Shown: piece by piece, positions 55,900 through 64,000 of the stretch
Layout of the letters: each line of letters begins with the position of its first letter
How positions within the stretch are numbered: the first letter of the stretch is position 1
From: Fimbriimonadaceae bacterium
GTDB taxonomy: Bacteria > Armatimonadota > Fimbriimonadia > Fimbriimonadales > Fimbriimonadaceae
Assembly (NCBI GenBank): GCA_019187105.1
Contig: JABAQM010000001.1
Location: 2,012,734-2,076,733 of the forward strand
Length of the DNA stretch: 64,000 nucleotides
Reading direction: 5' to 3'
The notes under the pieces: generated by a model
The model's input: only the letters and a program-made list of their open reading frames with translations
What the model was told of the DNA's origin: nothing
Databases searched by the model: none
Made by a program: the position numbers and the translations under genes

Positions 55900-58196
55900 A
55901 CGCGCCGACGATCGAGCAGCAGAGCGTCATCGATTCGACGGCCGAAAAGCTCGTCGTGGTGGCGGCCGCCGGCGCCGGCAAGACGTTTACCCTTGTTTCG
56001 CGGTACCTGCGCCATGTGGTTGAGGATGGGCTCGCTCCCAGCGAGATCCTGACGATCACGTTCACCCGTAAGGCGGCAGCCGAAATGAAGGAGCGCATCG
56101 TCGGTGTGCTTCGAGAGAAAGGGCTATTGGACGAGGCACAACAGGCGGAGACGGGACCGGTTAGCACCATCCACAGCTTTTGCGACCGGATTCTGCGGGA
56201 GAACGCTTTGGCTGCGGGCCTCGATCCTCAATTCAAAACCGTCGAAGGTGGCGAGTTCAATGCGATCGTGGACGAATGCCTCCGTTCGGTTATCGCCGAT
56301 GCCTGGGACCTGGAAGAAAACGTTCGCAGCGTCATCGAGCGACTAGCCGGCGAATCGGAATGGGGGAGCCAGACCTACTCCGGAAAGCTCACGACTCGGA
56401 TCAAAGTGCTGCTCGAAGCTTTCCGGTCCAGCGTCGACCTCAACGACCTCGCGGCCAGGTATGCATCGGCTGAGACCACCCTGCGGGAGTGGAACCGCGT
56501 CTTTCTGGGGCGAGACGAGGTGCCCGATTTCGATAGTCAGGACTTCCGGGAGACGATGAAGGCCGCGCTGAAGGCCTACAAGGCTGAATCGGGAAAGCGT
56601 GAAGCCGAGAGCGATATCGAGGAGGCGGAACTGACTTCCGGGCTGGTCATCCTCACCTGCCATGTCTGGCGGGCACTGGAACACCGGATGCAGCTGCTCC
56701 AGCGGTTCGACCACGATGCTCAGGAGCGGATGGCGGTTGAGCTTGTTGAGCGAAATCCTCAAGTAAGGGAACGACTCCAGCAGAAGTTCAAGGCCCTGCT
56801 CGTCGATGAGACCCAGGACGTGAATCCTTGGCAGTACCGGCTCATCGATGCTCTCGGGGTGGAACGGCACCTAACCGTCGGTGACCCCCAGCAATCGATG
56901 TACCGCTTCCGTAACGCGGTTCCGCAGCTGTTTATCGATCGGATGGAGCATGCCACGACCATGAGGCTCACCAAGAACTTCCGGTCGGAGGCCACGATTC
57001 TCGCCTATATCGATCGCTTTTTTGGTCAGCAATGGGGCGAGGCTTATCGACCGCTTTTGCAGCCCAGCCAGGGAGCCGACCTCTTCACATCGGATCCTGA
57101 CAGCTACGAAGGGGTTGAGTACTGGCAGACAAATTCGCCGGTTGTGGACGTTCCCACCGCCACCGCAACCTTCGTCAAGCAACTGCTCGGCGAGGGATAC
57201 AAGCTCGGCGATATCGCCATCTTGTGTACGCGAAATGCCCAGGCCTCGTCGGTTTCCCGAACCTTGGCGACCGCCGGTCTCCGGAGCCGGATTCTTGGTG
57301 GCTCGCAAGATTTCTACACGCGGATGGAAATCCGGGATATGGCGAACATGGTCCACGTCCTCACCGGATCGACGGAAATCCTTCGCTTGCTCGCCGCGCT
57401 TCACTCGCCGATTATCGGCTTGTCGCTCGACGCCTGCGTGCGGCTGGCGGCCCAGGACGATCCCTTTGCGGCACTCGCCCTGCTCGAGCCCGTTGCCGAA
57501 GGGGATGCGGACGCCATCCGGCTGATCAAAGAATGGATGCTGCCACTGCGGGAGTACGGCGACCGCATGACCGCTTGGGAGCTTGTCGCCGAGATTCTGT
57601 ATGCGACCCCGTACCTGGCTTCGATAGCCAGGAGGCCGGACAAGGATCAGCGGCTTGCCAACGTCCGCAAGCTCCAGTCCATTGCCGCCAGCGATATGAA
57701 CGTCACGGGGAGGCAGTTTGCCGAGGCCCTACGGGACGTCCACCGGCTCCAGCACAAGGAGAACGACGCGATTGCCTACGATCGCGAGGACGATGCCGCG
57801 ATAATCAGCACGATCCACAAAGCCAAGGGCCTCGAATTCCCCGTTGTGGTTCTCCCCTACCTGGGAGAGTGGAAGCCCCAAGTCACGTTTGGCCGGAAAA
57901 CGGAAGTGCAGCCGGCCACGGGTTTGGTCGTCCTCTCCGAACGGGACATCATGCAGTGCGGGCGGTTCCGGCTGTTGCGCCACTGCCAGGAAGGCCAGGA
58001 GGCCGAACGCGAGCAGCACCGCAACCTCTATGTGGCGATGACGCGTGCCAAGGAACGGCTATGCCTCGGCGTTCTCGGCAACCCTCAGACGAAGAGTTTG
58101 GCTATCACGCTCATTTCCGCCCTTGGCGACAAGCCCAGGGGAGTTCGACATCGGATGTTGGCCGAAGGCGTTAGCGATCCGGAAGATTGGGAATGA
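55896..58196 (+). CDS. UvrD/PcrA/AddA-like superfamily 1 DNA helicase without a C-terminal nuclease domain
   Basis: Motif I AAGAGKT, Ia TFTRKAAAEM, II LLVDETQDV, III VGDPQQSMYRFR and the VI-region TIHKAKGLEF are present. The protein is 766 aa and ends without a RecB-type nuclease domain. Confidence 0.85.
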   Translation: MNAPTIEQQSVIDSTAEKLVVVAAAGAGKTFTLVSRYLRHVVEDGLAPSEILTITFTRKAAAEMKERIVGVLREKGLLDEAQQAETGPVSTIHSFCDRILRENALAAGLDPQFKTVEGGEFNAIVDECLRSVIADAWDLEENVRSVIERLAGESEWGSQTYSGKLTTRIKVLLEAFRSSVDLNDLAARYASAETTLREWNRVFLGRDEVPDFDSQDFRETMKAALKAYKAESGKREAESDIEEAELTSGLVILTCHVWRALEHRMQLLQRFDHDAQERMAVELVERNPQVRERLQQKFKALLVDETQDVNPWQYRLIDALGVERHLTVGDPQQSMYRFRNAVPQLFIDRMEHATTMRLTKNFRSEATILAYIDRFFGQQWGEAYRPLLQPSQGADLFTSDPDSYEGVEYWQTNSPVVDVPTATATFVKQLLGEGYKLGDIAILCTRNAQASSVSRTLATAGLRSRILGGSQDFYTRMEIRDMANMVHVLTGSTEILRLLAALHSPIIGLSLDACVRLAAQDDPFAALALLEPVAEGDADAIRLIKEWMLPLREYGDRMTAWELVAEILYATPYLASIARRPDKDQRLANVRKLQSIAASDMNVTGRQFAEALRDVHRLQHKENDAIAYDREDDAAIISTIHKAKGLEFPVVVLPYLGEWKPQVTFGRKTEVQPATGLVVLSERDIMQCGRFRLLRHCQEGQEAEREQHRNLYVAMTRAKERLCLGVLGNPQTKSLAITLISALGDKPRGVRHRMLAEGVSDPEDWE

Positions 58197-58752
58197 AGCA
58201 CCCGATCGAGGGAACGTTTGGCTGCGAAACCGCTTTGCCGGCCAAGGCTTCATCCAGCGCGATCTTCAGGTCGCGTCGATCGGGATTGTCTTTCGCACGC
58301 CCGTGCTCGACGAATCGGTCATCGATGCGCCCCCGATAGAGAACGTTGCCCTTGCCGTCCAGCACGGCGGCCTCGGGAGTGATCGCCACTCCCATACCCT
58401 TGACCCATTCGTGCTTCGCATCGATAACGGCAGGAAACCGAAGTTTGAAGTCCTTGCCATGCTTGATGATTTCCGCTTTCGGAATCGTTGGATCGACATA
58501 AACGCGAAGGAAGCTGACGCCCTTTTTGGCATATGTCCCATGAATTCGCGACACCTCCGGCGCGTAGCGGTTGGCGATTGGACAGTCGACAGCGATAAAG
58601 AGGGCCACCGTGAGCTTGGAATCAGGCTCGGGGGCGGCATGCTGCCTCCCGTCGAGACCCATGAGTGGAGGCAGCTTGACCGGCCCGTTCGGCAGGGGCC
58701 GAAGCTGTTGGGCGCCTGCGAGCCATAACGTTGCGAGAAGCGTCGATACCAT
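58171..58752 (-). CDS. Thioredoxin-fold protein (redoxin/AhpC-TSA-like) with a single active-site Cys
   Basis: LTVALFIAVDCPIANRY resembles a redoxin active-site region but has CPIA rather than CxxC. An N-terminal signal-like segment is present. Confidence 0.5.
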   Translation of the reverse strand: MVSTLLATLWLAGAQQLRPLPNGPVKLPPLMGLDGRQHAAPEPDSKLTVALFIAVDCPIANRYAPEVSRIHGTYAKKGVSFLRVYVDPTIPKAEIIKHGKDFKLRFPAVIDAKHEWVKGMGVAITPEAAVLDGKGNVLYRGRIDDRFVEHGRAKDNPDRRDLKIALDEALAGKAVSQPNVPSIGCFIPNLPDR

Positions 58753-58763
58753 ACTGAGCCTAG

Positions 58764-59956
58764 TGTTGAGACGCTATCTGGCCCTGTTCGGTTTGATCGG
58801 ATTCGTCACCGGTTTCGGTGGCCAGGAGGTCGCCAACCCGACCTATCGGAAGGACATTGGCCCACTTTTGGCCAGGAGCTGCGTGCCTTGCCATCGCCCG
58901 GGAGCGGTGGCGCCGTTTTCACTTCGGACTTATGAGGAGGTCATGAAGCGAAAGGAGCTTCTCCAGATCGTCATGCTTCCGAAGAAGATGCCGCCCTGCG
59001 ACGCCACGAGCGACTTTGGGCCGATCTGCAATGAGCCGCGCCCCACCGACCGCGACTTGCGCACCCTTCAGGAGTGGGTTCGCCGTGGTTATCCCGAGGG
59101 GAGCGGACCGAAGCCTGCACCTTACCGGCCAGTGAAGTGGCGATTGGGGTCGCCTGACGTTCAGGTTCGGATCCCTGGGAAGATCGAGACCAAGCCGGAG
59201 GGCAATCCGTACTGGATTGTCCATCGAGTTCCGATCCCGCCCACGAGGGGACTGCGGGCATTCGACATCATCCCTGATGCGCCGAAGGCGGTTCGGCAAA
59301 TTGTGGTAGCCAAAGCAGTAGGTGCCCGAAACATGTGGAATACGTACGGTTCCATGGATGTTTCGGGAGAGGCCCTCGTTGGCGCTTGGTCGCCGGGATT
59401 TCGAGCGTTCGACGTTACCCCCAGCCAGATCGACCTCAGCGGGGTTGACGCTCTGTGGGTTCAGGTGCTCGTGGTTCCGACGGGCAAGGTTGAATCCGGC
59501 AACCTCACAATCGGCCTTTACAAGGGTCGGTCCGGCAAGGTTTGGTGGAAGACGCTGGACGAGCCCAAGTTTGAGATCGGCTCGGACCGACAGCGGACGA
59601 TTGAGAAGGAATGGCTTCTCGAACAACCGACGACCCTTCTCGGCGTTCATCCCGAAGCCCGCTACTTCGCCCGCCAGATCCGCCTCCGCGCGGTTCTCCC
59701 GAACGGCACCGAGCGCATTCTGCTCTTCGTCCTCAACTGGGACATGCTCTGGCTTGGCAACTACCTCTTTGCCAAACCGGCCAGGTTGCCGGCGGGAACC
59801 CGGATCCTGGCTGCAATCGATTACGACAATGGCCGGCATGCCGCGCTGAATGAACAGTACTTCCTCAAGCGTCAACCGCCACCCGTTCTGAAGTCCGGCA
59901 GCGGCCTGCGCGACGAGGTTTACCGCGTTCATTTTCTCGTCGCCGAGGGACGCTGA
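58764..59956 (+). CDS. Secreted PSCyt1-motif protein with a C-terminal beta-rich domain
   Basis: Putative GTG start MLRRYLALFGLIGFV (signal) is followed by DIGPLLARSCVPCHRPGAVAPFSL (CxxCH). The ORF is open upstream to 58571, overlapping the divergent redoxin gene. Confidence 0.5.
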
Positions 59957-60519
59957 TGCTGGTGCCAAGTGTCTGGGCGATCACGTTGCTCACCCAGTTC
60001 GGCGCATCACCTACCAACCTCTCGATCGTGGAGGCCGCCCGCTTGCAGGTCGGCTGGACCACATCCTACGATCCGGCGTACCGTCGAGTCGCTTACCCCA
60101 ATGGGGACGTGCCGATCAGCACCGGGGTGTGTTGCGACGTGGTGATTCGGGCCCTCCGAAAGAGCCGAGGCCTGGATCTGCAGCGGCTCGTGATCGAAGA
60201 CATGCGAAGGGCCTACCGCACATACCCGCAAGACTGGGGCCAATCCCGTCCCGACCCCAATATCGACCACCGGCGGGTACCCAACCTCGCCACATTTTTC
60301 AGACGCCGAGGCTGGGCGTTGCCTCTTCGCGATTTCCGCCCCGGCGACATCGTCACGGCGACGCTGCCGCGAAATCTGCCCCACATCATGGTCGTCAGCG
60401 ACCGCCGCAACCGCGCCGGAGTGCCGCTCGTGATCCACAACATCGGTGGCGGTGTGAAAGAAGAAGACCGGCTATTCGAACACCCATTGACGGGTCACTT
60501 TCGGCTAAAGCCCGACTGA
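59956..60519 (+). CDS. DUF1287 domain protein
   Basis: GVCCDVVIRALR...PGDIVTATLPRNLPHIMVVSD matches the DUF1287 pattern. The start overlaps the upstream stop (TGATG). Confidence 0.6.
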   Translation: MLVPSVWAITLLTQFGASPTNLSIVEAARLQVGWTTSYDPAYRRVAYPNGDVPISTGVCCDVVIRALRKSRGLDLQRLVIEDMRRAYRTYPQDWGQSRPDPNIDHRRVPNLATFFRRRGWALPLRDFRPGDIVTATLPRNLPHIMVVSDRRNRAGVPLVIHNIGGGVKEEDRLFEHPLTGHFRLKPD

Positions 60520-62043
60520 GATTCGTTCGGCTAACGATTCGATATCCTTAGTAAGAGGTCGGTCCTGCTCCAGCCTCGGAATGAGGGAACGTACCTTGGC
60601 AAACGCTTCCTCGACCGCGACGCCGGAGCGGAGCGGGTGCCGGTACTCCAATCCTTCCGCAGCGACAATCAGCTCGATCGCCAGCACCAGGGTGGCATGG
60701 TCGACCACGGTTCGGAGCTTGCTGGCCGCGGTCATGCCCATCGAAACGTGGTCCTCCTTCCCCCCGCTGGTGGGGGCATTGTCGCAGCTCGCCGGGTGGG
60801 CGAGGACGCGTGCTTCGTTGAGCAGAGACACCGCGACCACGTGGGGAATCATAAAGCCCGAGGAGCTGCCGGGATGCTGGCTGAGGAACGGCGGAAGGTG
60901 CTCGTTCAGGTCCGGGTTGATCAGGCGGTCGATCCGGCGCTCGCTGATCGCCATCAAGCTCGTGAGGGCGATCGCCGCGTAGTCCAACGCCATCGCAACC
61001 GGCGCGCCGTGGAAGTTGCCGCCGGATAGGACGTCGCCGGTCTCGGGAAAGATCAGCGGGTTATCGGTTGCCGAGCCGGTTTCCGTCTCCACGACGCCGA
61101 TCGCATGGTCGATCGCATCCTGAACGGCTCCGTGGACCTGCGGCATGCAACGGAGCGAGTAGGCGTCTTGGACCCGCGGATCGCCTTGGAGGTGCGACTC
61201 CCGGATTTGGGAGCCGGCGAGATATTCGCGCAATCGGCGGGCACTCGCCGACTGTCCCGAATGAGGACGAAGGTCATGGATCCTCTCGTCGAACGCGACC
61301 GGCGTGCCGAGCAGCGCATCGAGCGTCATTGCGCCGGCCAGGTCGGCCGTCTCGACCAAGCGTCGCGCCCGCTCAAGGGCGAGCCCGCCGACCGCGCACA
61401 TCGCCTGGGTTCCGTTGAGAAGCGCGAGACCCTCCTTTGCTTGCAGCTTTAGCGGCGAGAGGCCTTGGCCGGCCAGGGCATCAGCGGATTGCTGTCGCCG
61501 GCCGTTGGCGAACACTTCGCCCTCGCCAATCAGGGCCATCGCCAAGTGGGCAAGGGGGGCAAGATCGCCGCTCGCTCCGACCGATCCCCGACTCGGAATG
61601 ACCGGGACGAGACCGCGGTTTAGCATCGCCAGCAGGAGCTCGGCGGTTTCTATGCGTGCGCCGCTATGGCCCTTGGCGAGGACATTCGCCCGCAGCGCCA
61701 TCATCGCCCGGACATCGCGCACAGGGAGGGGCTCGCCGACGCCGCACGCATGGCTCCGCACAAGGTTGAGTTGCAGCTGTTCGATCTCGTCCCGGGGGAT
61801 CGTGACGTCGGAGAGCCGGCCAAAGCCGGTGTTGACGCCGTAGGCGGGTTCGCCGGACTCGACGATGTTGCGGACGGTTTCGACGGCTCGCAGCATCCTG
61901 ATCTTGGCCGGTTCGGACAGCCGAAGTTCGGTTGTGGCGTCGGCGATGCGACGCAGAACCGCCAGTGGAATCGCCGACCCATCCAGTTCGATCACGGCGG
62001 GGAGTCTACCGGCGGGTGGCCATGCCAGAATGCGGCGTGTCAA
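60505..62043 (-). CDS. hutH: Histidine ammonia-lyase
   Basis: The MIO-forming motif SVGASGDLAPLAHL and the overall HAL/PAL family fold are present. Confidence 0.9.
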   Translation of the reverse strand: MTRRILAWPPAGRLPAVIELDGSAIPLAVLRRIADATTELRLSEPAKIRMLRAVETVRNIVESGEPAYGVNTGFGRLSDVTIPRDEIEQLQLNLVRSHACGVGEPLPVRDVRAMMALRANVLAKGHSGARIETAELLLAMLNRGLVPVIPSRGSVGASGDLAPLAHLAMALIGEGEVFANGRRQQSADALAGQGLSPLKLQAKEGLALLNGTQAMCAVGGLALERARRLVETADLAGAMTLDALLGTPVAFDERIHDLRPHSGQSASARRLREYLAGSQIRESHLQGDPRVQDAYSLRCMPQVHGAVQDAIDHAIGVVETETGSATDNPLIFPETGDVLSGGNFHGAPVAMALDYAAIALTSLMAISERRIDRLINPDLNEHLPPFLSQHPGSSSGFMIPHVVAVSLLNEARVLAHPASCDNAPTSGGKEDHVSMGMTAASKLRTVVDHATLVLAIELIVAAEGLEYRHPLRSGVAVEEAFAKVRSLIPRLEQDRPLTKDIESLAERISVGL

Positions 62044-62474
62044 CCTACTCCCAACTGTTCGTCCATATCATTTTTTCTACAAAGGGAAGGAAACCATCGA
62101 TCGAGGAACACTGGCGAGGAGAACTACATGCCTATTTGGGTGGGACCGCACGGTCCCTAGGTGCAACGCCGCTGGCGGTAGGTGGGGTTGCCGACCACGT
62201 ACACCTATTGCTTGGGCTGGGGACGACGGCTAGCGTGGCATCGGTCGTCAGAGAGCTAAAGAAATCCAGCAGCCAATGGTCCAAGGATCATGATCGCCAC
62301 CTCGTGTGGCAAACCGGCTATGCCGCCTTCAGCGTGGGCAGGGATGCAATCCAAGGAGTTTCCTCCTACATCGCCGATCAGGATCGCCACCACAAGGGAG
62401 TTTCGTCAAAGGAAGAGCTGCACAGACTCTTGATTGACCTCGGCATCGAGTTCGACGAACGGTATTTCGAGTGA
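62022..62474 (+). mobile_element. REP-associated tyrosine transposase (RAYT, IS200/IS605 TnpA-like Y1 transposase)
   Basis: YSQLFVHIIFSTKGRK, the HVHLLLGL (HuH) motif and the catalytic Tyr context WQTGYAAFSV are present. The ORF 5' end overlaps the divergent hutH start. Confidence 0.8.
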
Positions 62475-62475
62475 G

Positions 62476-62880
62476 GTTCTGCGACCCCGCCAGGGTCGCG
62501 GTCGTCGGTTCGACGGTTCCCGGGGTCTCAGTCGACCCCAGGCTAGTTTCTTGGACCGCGTTGCGGTCTCAATCCTTGCCTTGGAAATCTGGGAGTTCTG
62601 GTGGGTTAGGTTCGTATTGACACTTCCGGTAAGCAGTGCGTGACGCCGTTGATCACGCCTGGCGCAGAGTCTCCGCGACTGCGTAGGGTGTGATCCGCGA
62701 AATCCGGATCGGGGAACCCGACCCCTCATGCCGGTGTGCCGATTCAGGTCCAAGCCACACTAAAGCAAGGACCCCAACGGGGTCCAGGAAAGTAGCCTGG
62801 GGTTCGAGGGACCCCAGGCTAGGTCGGCCCACATCCACCGACCCCAACGGGGGTCGCAGAACTGCGCCAATGGCCATACT
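62476..62880. repeat. Cluster of REP-like GC-rich palindromic hairpins flanking the RAYT gene
   Basis: Repeated stems include GCGACCC/GGGTCGC, GGGGTC/GACCCC, GGACCCC-AAC-GGGGTCC, CCTGGGGT/ACCCCAGG and CGACCCC/GGGGTCG. Inverted copies of ttctgcgacccc lie near 62478 and 62860. Confidence 0.6.
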
Positions 62881-62886
62881 TAGCGA

Positions 62887-64000
62887 ATGGTGGGGTCTGG
62901 GCACGAGGCGAAGGTCACGCTTGCGAAGCAAGTTGTAACGGGGAGGTTAGGTGACCACCCTTGGGACGCCGAAATCATCAAGGATGCCGCCATCGTGTCG
63001 GATGACGGGATCTGCAAATGGATCGGACCGAGGGACGACCTCCCCGATGAATACTGGGCAGTGGACGGTGGGGTGGAATCGGGCTGTGTCGTTCCCGGGC
63101 TTGTCGACGCCCATACCCACTTGGTTTTCGGGGGCGACCGCTACGACGACTTCGAGAAGCGCTCTCAGGGCAAGTCCTATGCCGAGATTGCGGCATCGGG
63201 AGGTGGAATCAAGAGAACCGTCGAACTGACCCGGAACGCGACTTGGGAATCCCTGCAGGATGGACTGGTTCGTCGCGCCTTCCAAGCGAAGCTAGCCGGA
63301 ACGCGTCTTGTAGAGGTCAAGTCTGGATACGGACTTGAACACGACGCGGAGATTCGTTTGCTGGATGCCGCCAATTCGCTGCTTCCACACATGCCGAGAA
63401 CCGTCACCTACCTCGGACTCCACGCGATCCCCGAAGGCCGGACCAAAGAGGACTACATGGACGAGGTCTTCCGCCGCACGCTCCCGGAGATTCACAAGCG
63501 GAAACTCGCGGATGCCGTCGATATTTTCGTCGAAGACGGGTACTACAACGCAGACGATGCGAGGCGTCTGGCCCAAGCCGCCAAGCAGTACGGCCTGGAC
63601 CTTCGCATGCACGTCGACCAGTTCGGCGACCATGGCGGCGCGCGGCTAGCCGCCGAGCTCGGCGCCAAGACTGCCGATCACCTCGAGTACACCGGCGACG
63701 ACGGGATTCGCGCCCTCGCCGATGCCGGCGTCATCCCGGTGCTGCTGCCGGCGTCGGTGTTCGGCCTCGGGCTCAGCAAGTACCCTGACGCGCGCAAGAT
63801 GATCGAAGCTGGCCTGCCGGTCGTGCTCGCGACCGACTGCAACCCCGGCTCTTCGCCAACCCTCAGCCTGCCGATGGTGATGGCGATCGCGTGCCGGTAC
63901 ATGAAGATGACCCCGATGGAAGCCCTCGTCGCCTGCACACGCAACGCCGCTCGCGCCCTCAACTTGGAGCACGAGTTCGGCACGATCGAAGTCGGCAAGC
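62887..64000 (+). CDS. hutI: Imidazolonepropionase (3' end lies outside the window)
   Basis: The in-frame translation from ATG 62887 gives ...VESGCVVPGLVDAHTHLVFGG...DQFGDHGGARLAAELGA...ATDCNPGSS, the amidohydrolase HutI signature. The listed ORFs in this region are in other frames. Confidence 0.85.
   Translation, partial: MVGSGHEAKVTLAKQVVTGRLGDHPWDAEIIKDAAIVSDDGICKWIGPRDDLPDEYWAVDGGVESGCVVPGLVDAHTHLVFGGDRYDDFEKRSQGKSYAEIAASGGGIKRTVELTRNATWESLQDGLVRRAFQAKLAGTRLVEVKSGYGLEHDAEIRLLDAANSLLPHMPRTVTYLGLHAIPEGRTKEDYMDEVFRRTLPEIHKRKLADAVDIFVEDGYYNADDARRLAQAAKQYGLDLRMHVDQFGDHGGARLAAELGAKTADHLEYTGDDGIRALADAGVIPVLLPASVFGLGLSKYPDARKMIEAGLPVVLATDCNPGSSPTLSLPMVMAIACRYMKMTPMEALVACTRNAARALNLEHEFGTIEVGK

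Noticed and set aside
62947-63285. ORFs 62951..63229 (+) and 62947..63285 (-) listed by the track at the start of the hutI region
   Set aside because: They are in the wrong frames. The in-frame translation from ATG 62887 gives the canonical imidazolonepropionase signature (PGLVDAHTHLVFGG), so these ORFs are spurious.
1-64000. CRISPR arrays, tRNA, tmRNA, RNase P, SRP RNA, rRNA, integrases and prophage blocks
   Set aside because: No regularly spaced direct repeats, tRNA-like TψC-arm motifs or characteristic ncRNA consensus stretches were seen in any of the longer intergenic regions (11897-12116, 27500-27720, 30503-30928, 62475-62886). The only mobile element found is the RAYT/REP unit.

Overview
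This is a high-GC (roughly 60-65% by eye), gene-dense bacterial chromosomal segment. The gene content suggests a Planctomycetes-, Verrucomicrobia- or Armatimonadetes-like organism: a PSD1-type DUF1549/DUF1553 cytochrome-like protein paired with a DUF1501 protein, a ThuA-domain protein, a Tat-exported Gfo/Idh/MocA oxidoreductase, an FGE-sulfatase-like protein and ApbE. I call about 55 protein-coding genes. I found no rRNA, no tRNA, no CRISPR array and no prophage or integrase. Most content is housekeeping or metabolic: msrA (5' truncated by the window edge), a hydroxyproline catabolic pair (aldehyde dehydrogenase plus a two-cysteine proline-racemase-family epimerase), recN, sufCD, the colinear asd-tgt-dapA-family genes, a GT4-Trm112-aroQ-pepP overlapping operon, rmuC, a sugar ABC transporter (ATPase plus two permeases, no binding-protein gene), metY with a CoA-binding gene, GH32 and a large glycoside hydrolase, and hutH and hutI (3' truncated). 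The features that stand out are these. (1) A 905-aa protein fusing an apparently active class III adenylyl cyclase domain to an NB-ARC/STAND ATPase and a long TPR array; this Avs-like sensor architecture with a nucleotide-cyclase N-terminal module is my best candidate for an unusual signalling or defence system. (2) An AddB-like PD-(D/E)XK nuclease with a CxxCx5C iron-sulfur motif, translationally coupled to a UvrD helicase that lacks its own nuclease domain. (3) An intact REP-associated tyrosine transposase with a cluster of GC-rich REP hairpins inserted exactly between the divergent hutH and hutI genes. (4) A lower-GC AraC regulator plus an orphan gene with a strong intrinsic terminator. (5) A trio of uncharacterised genes (a small cytosolic protein, a LamG-like secreted protein, and a 183-aa protein whose 3' end is duplicated as a degenerate fragment downstream). 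(6) A 714-aa flotillin with an uncharacterised membrane-anchored partner. All calls rest on reading motifs in the supplied translations; no database search was possible.
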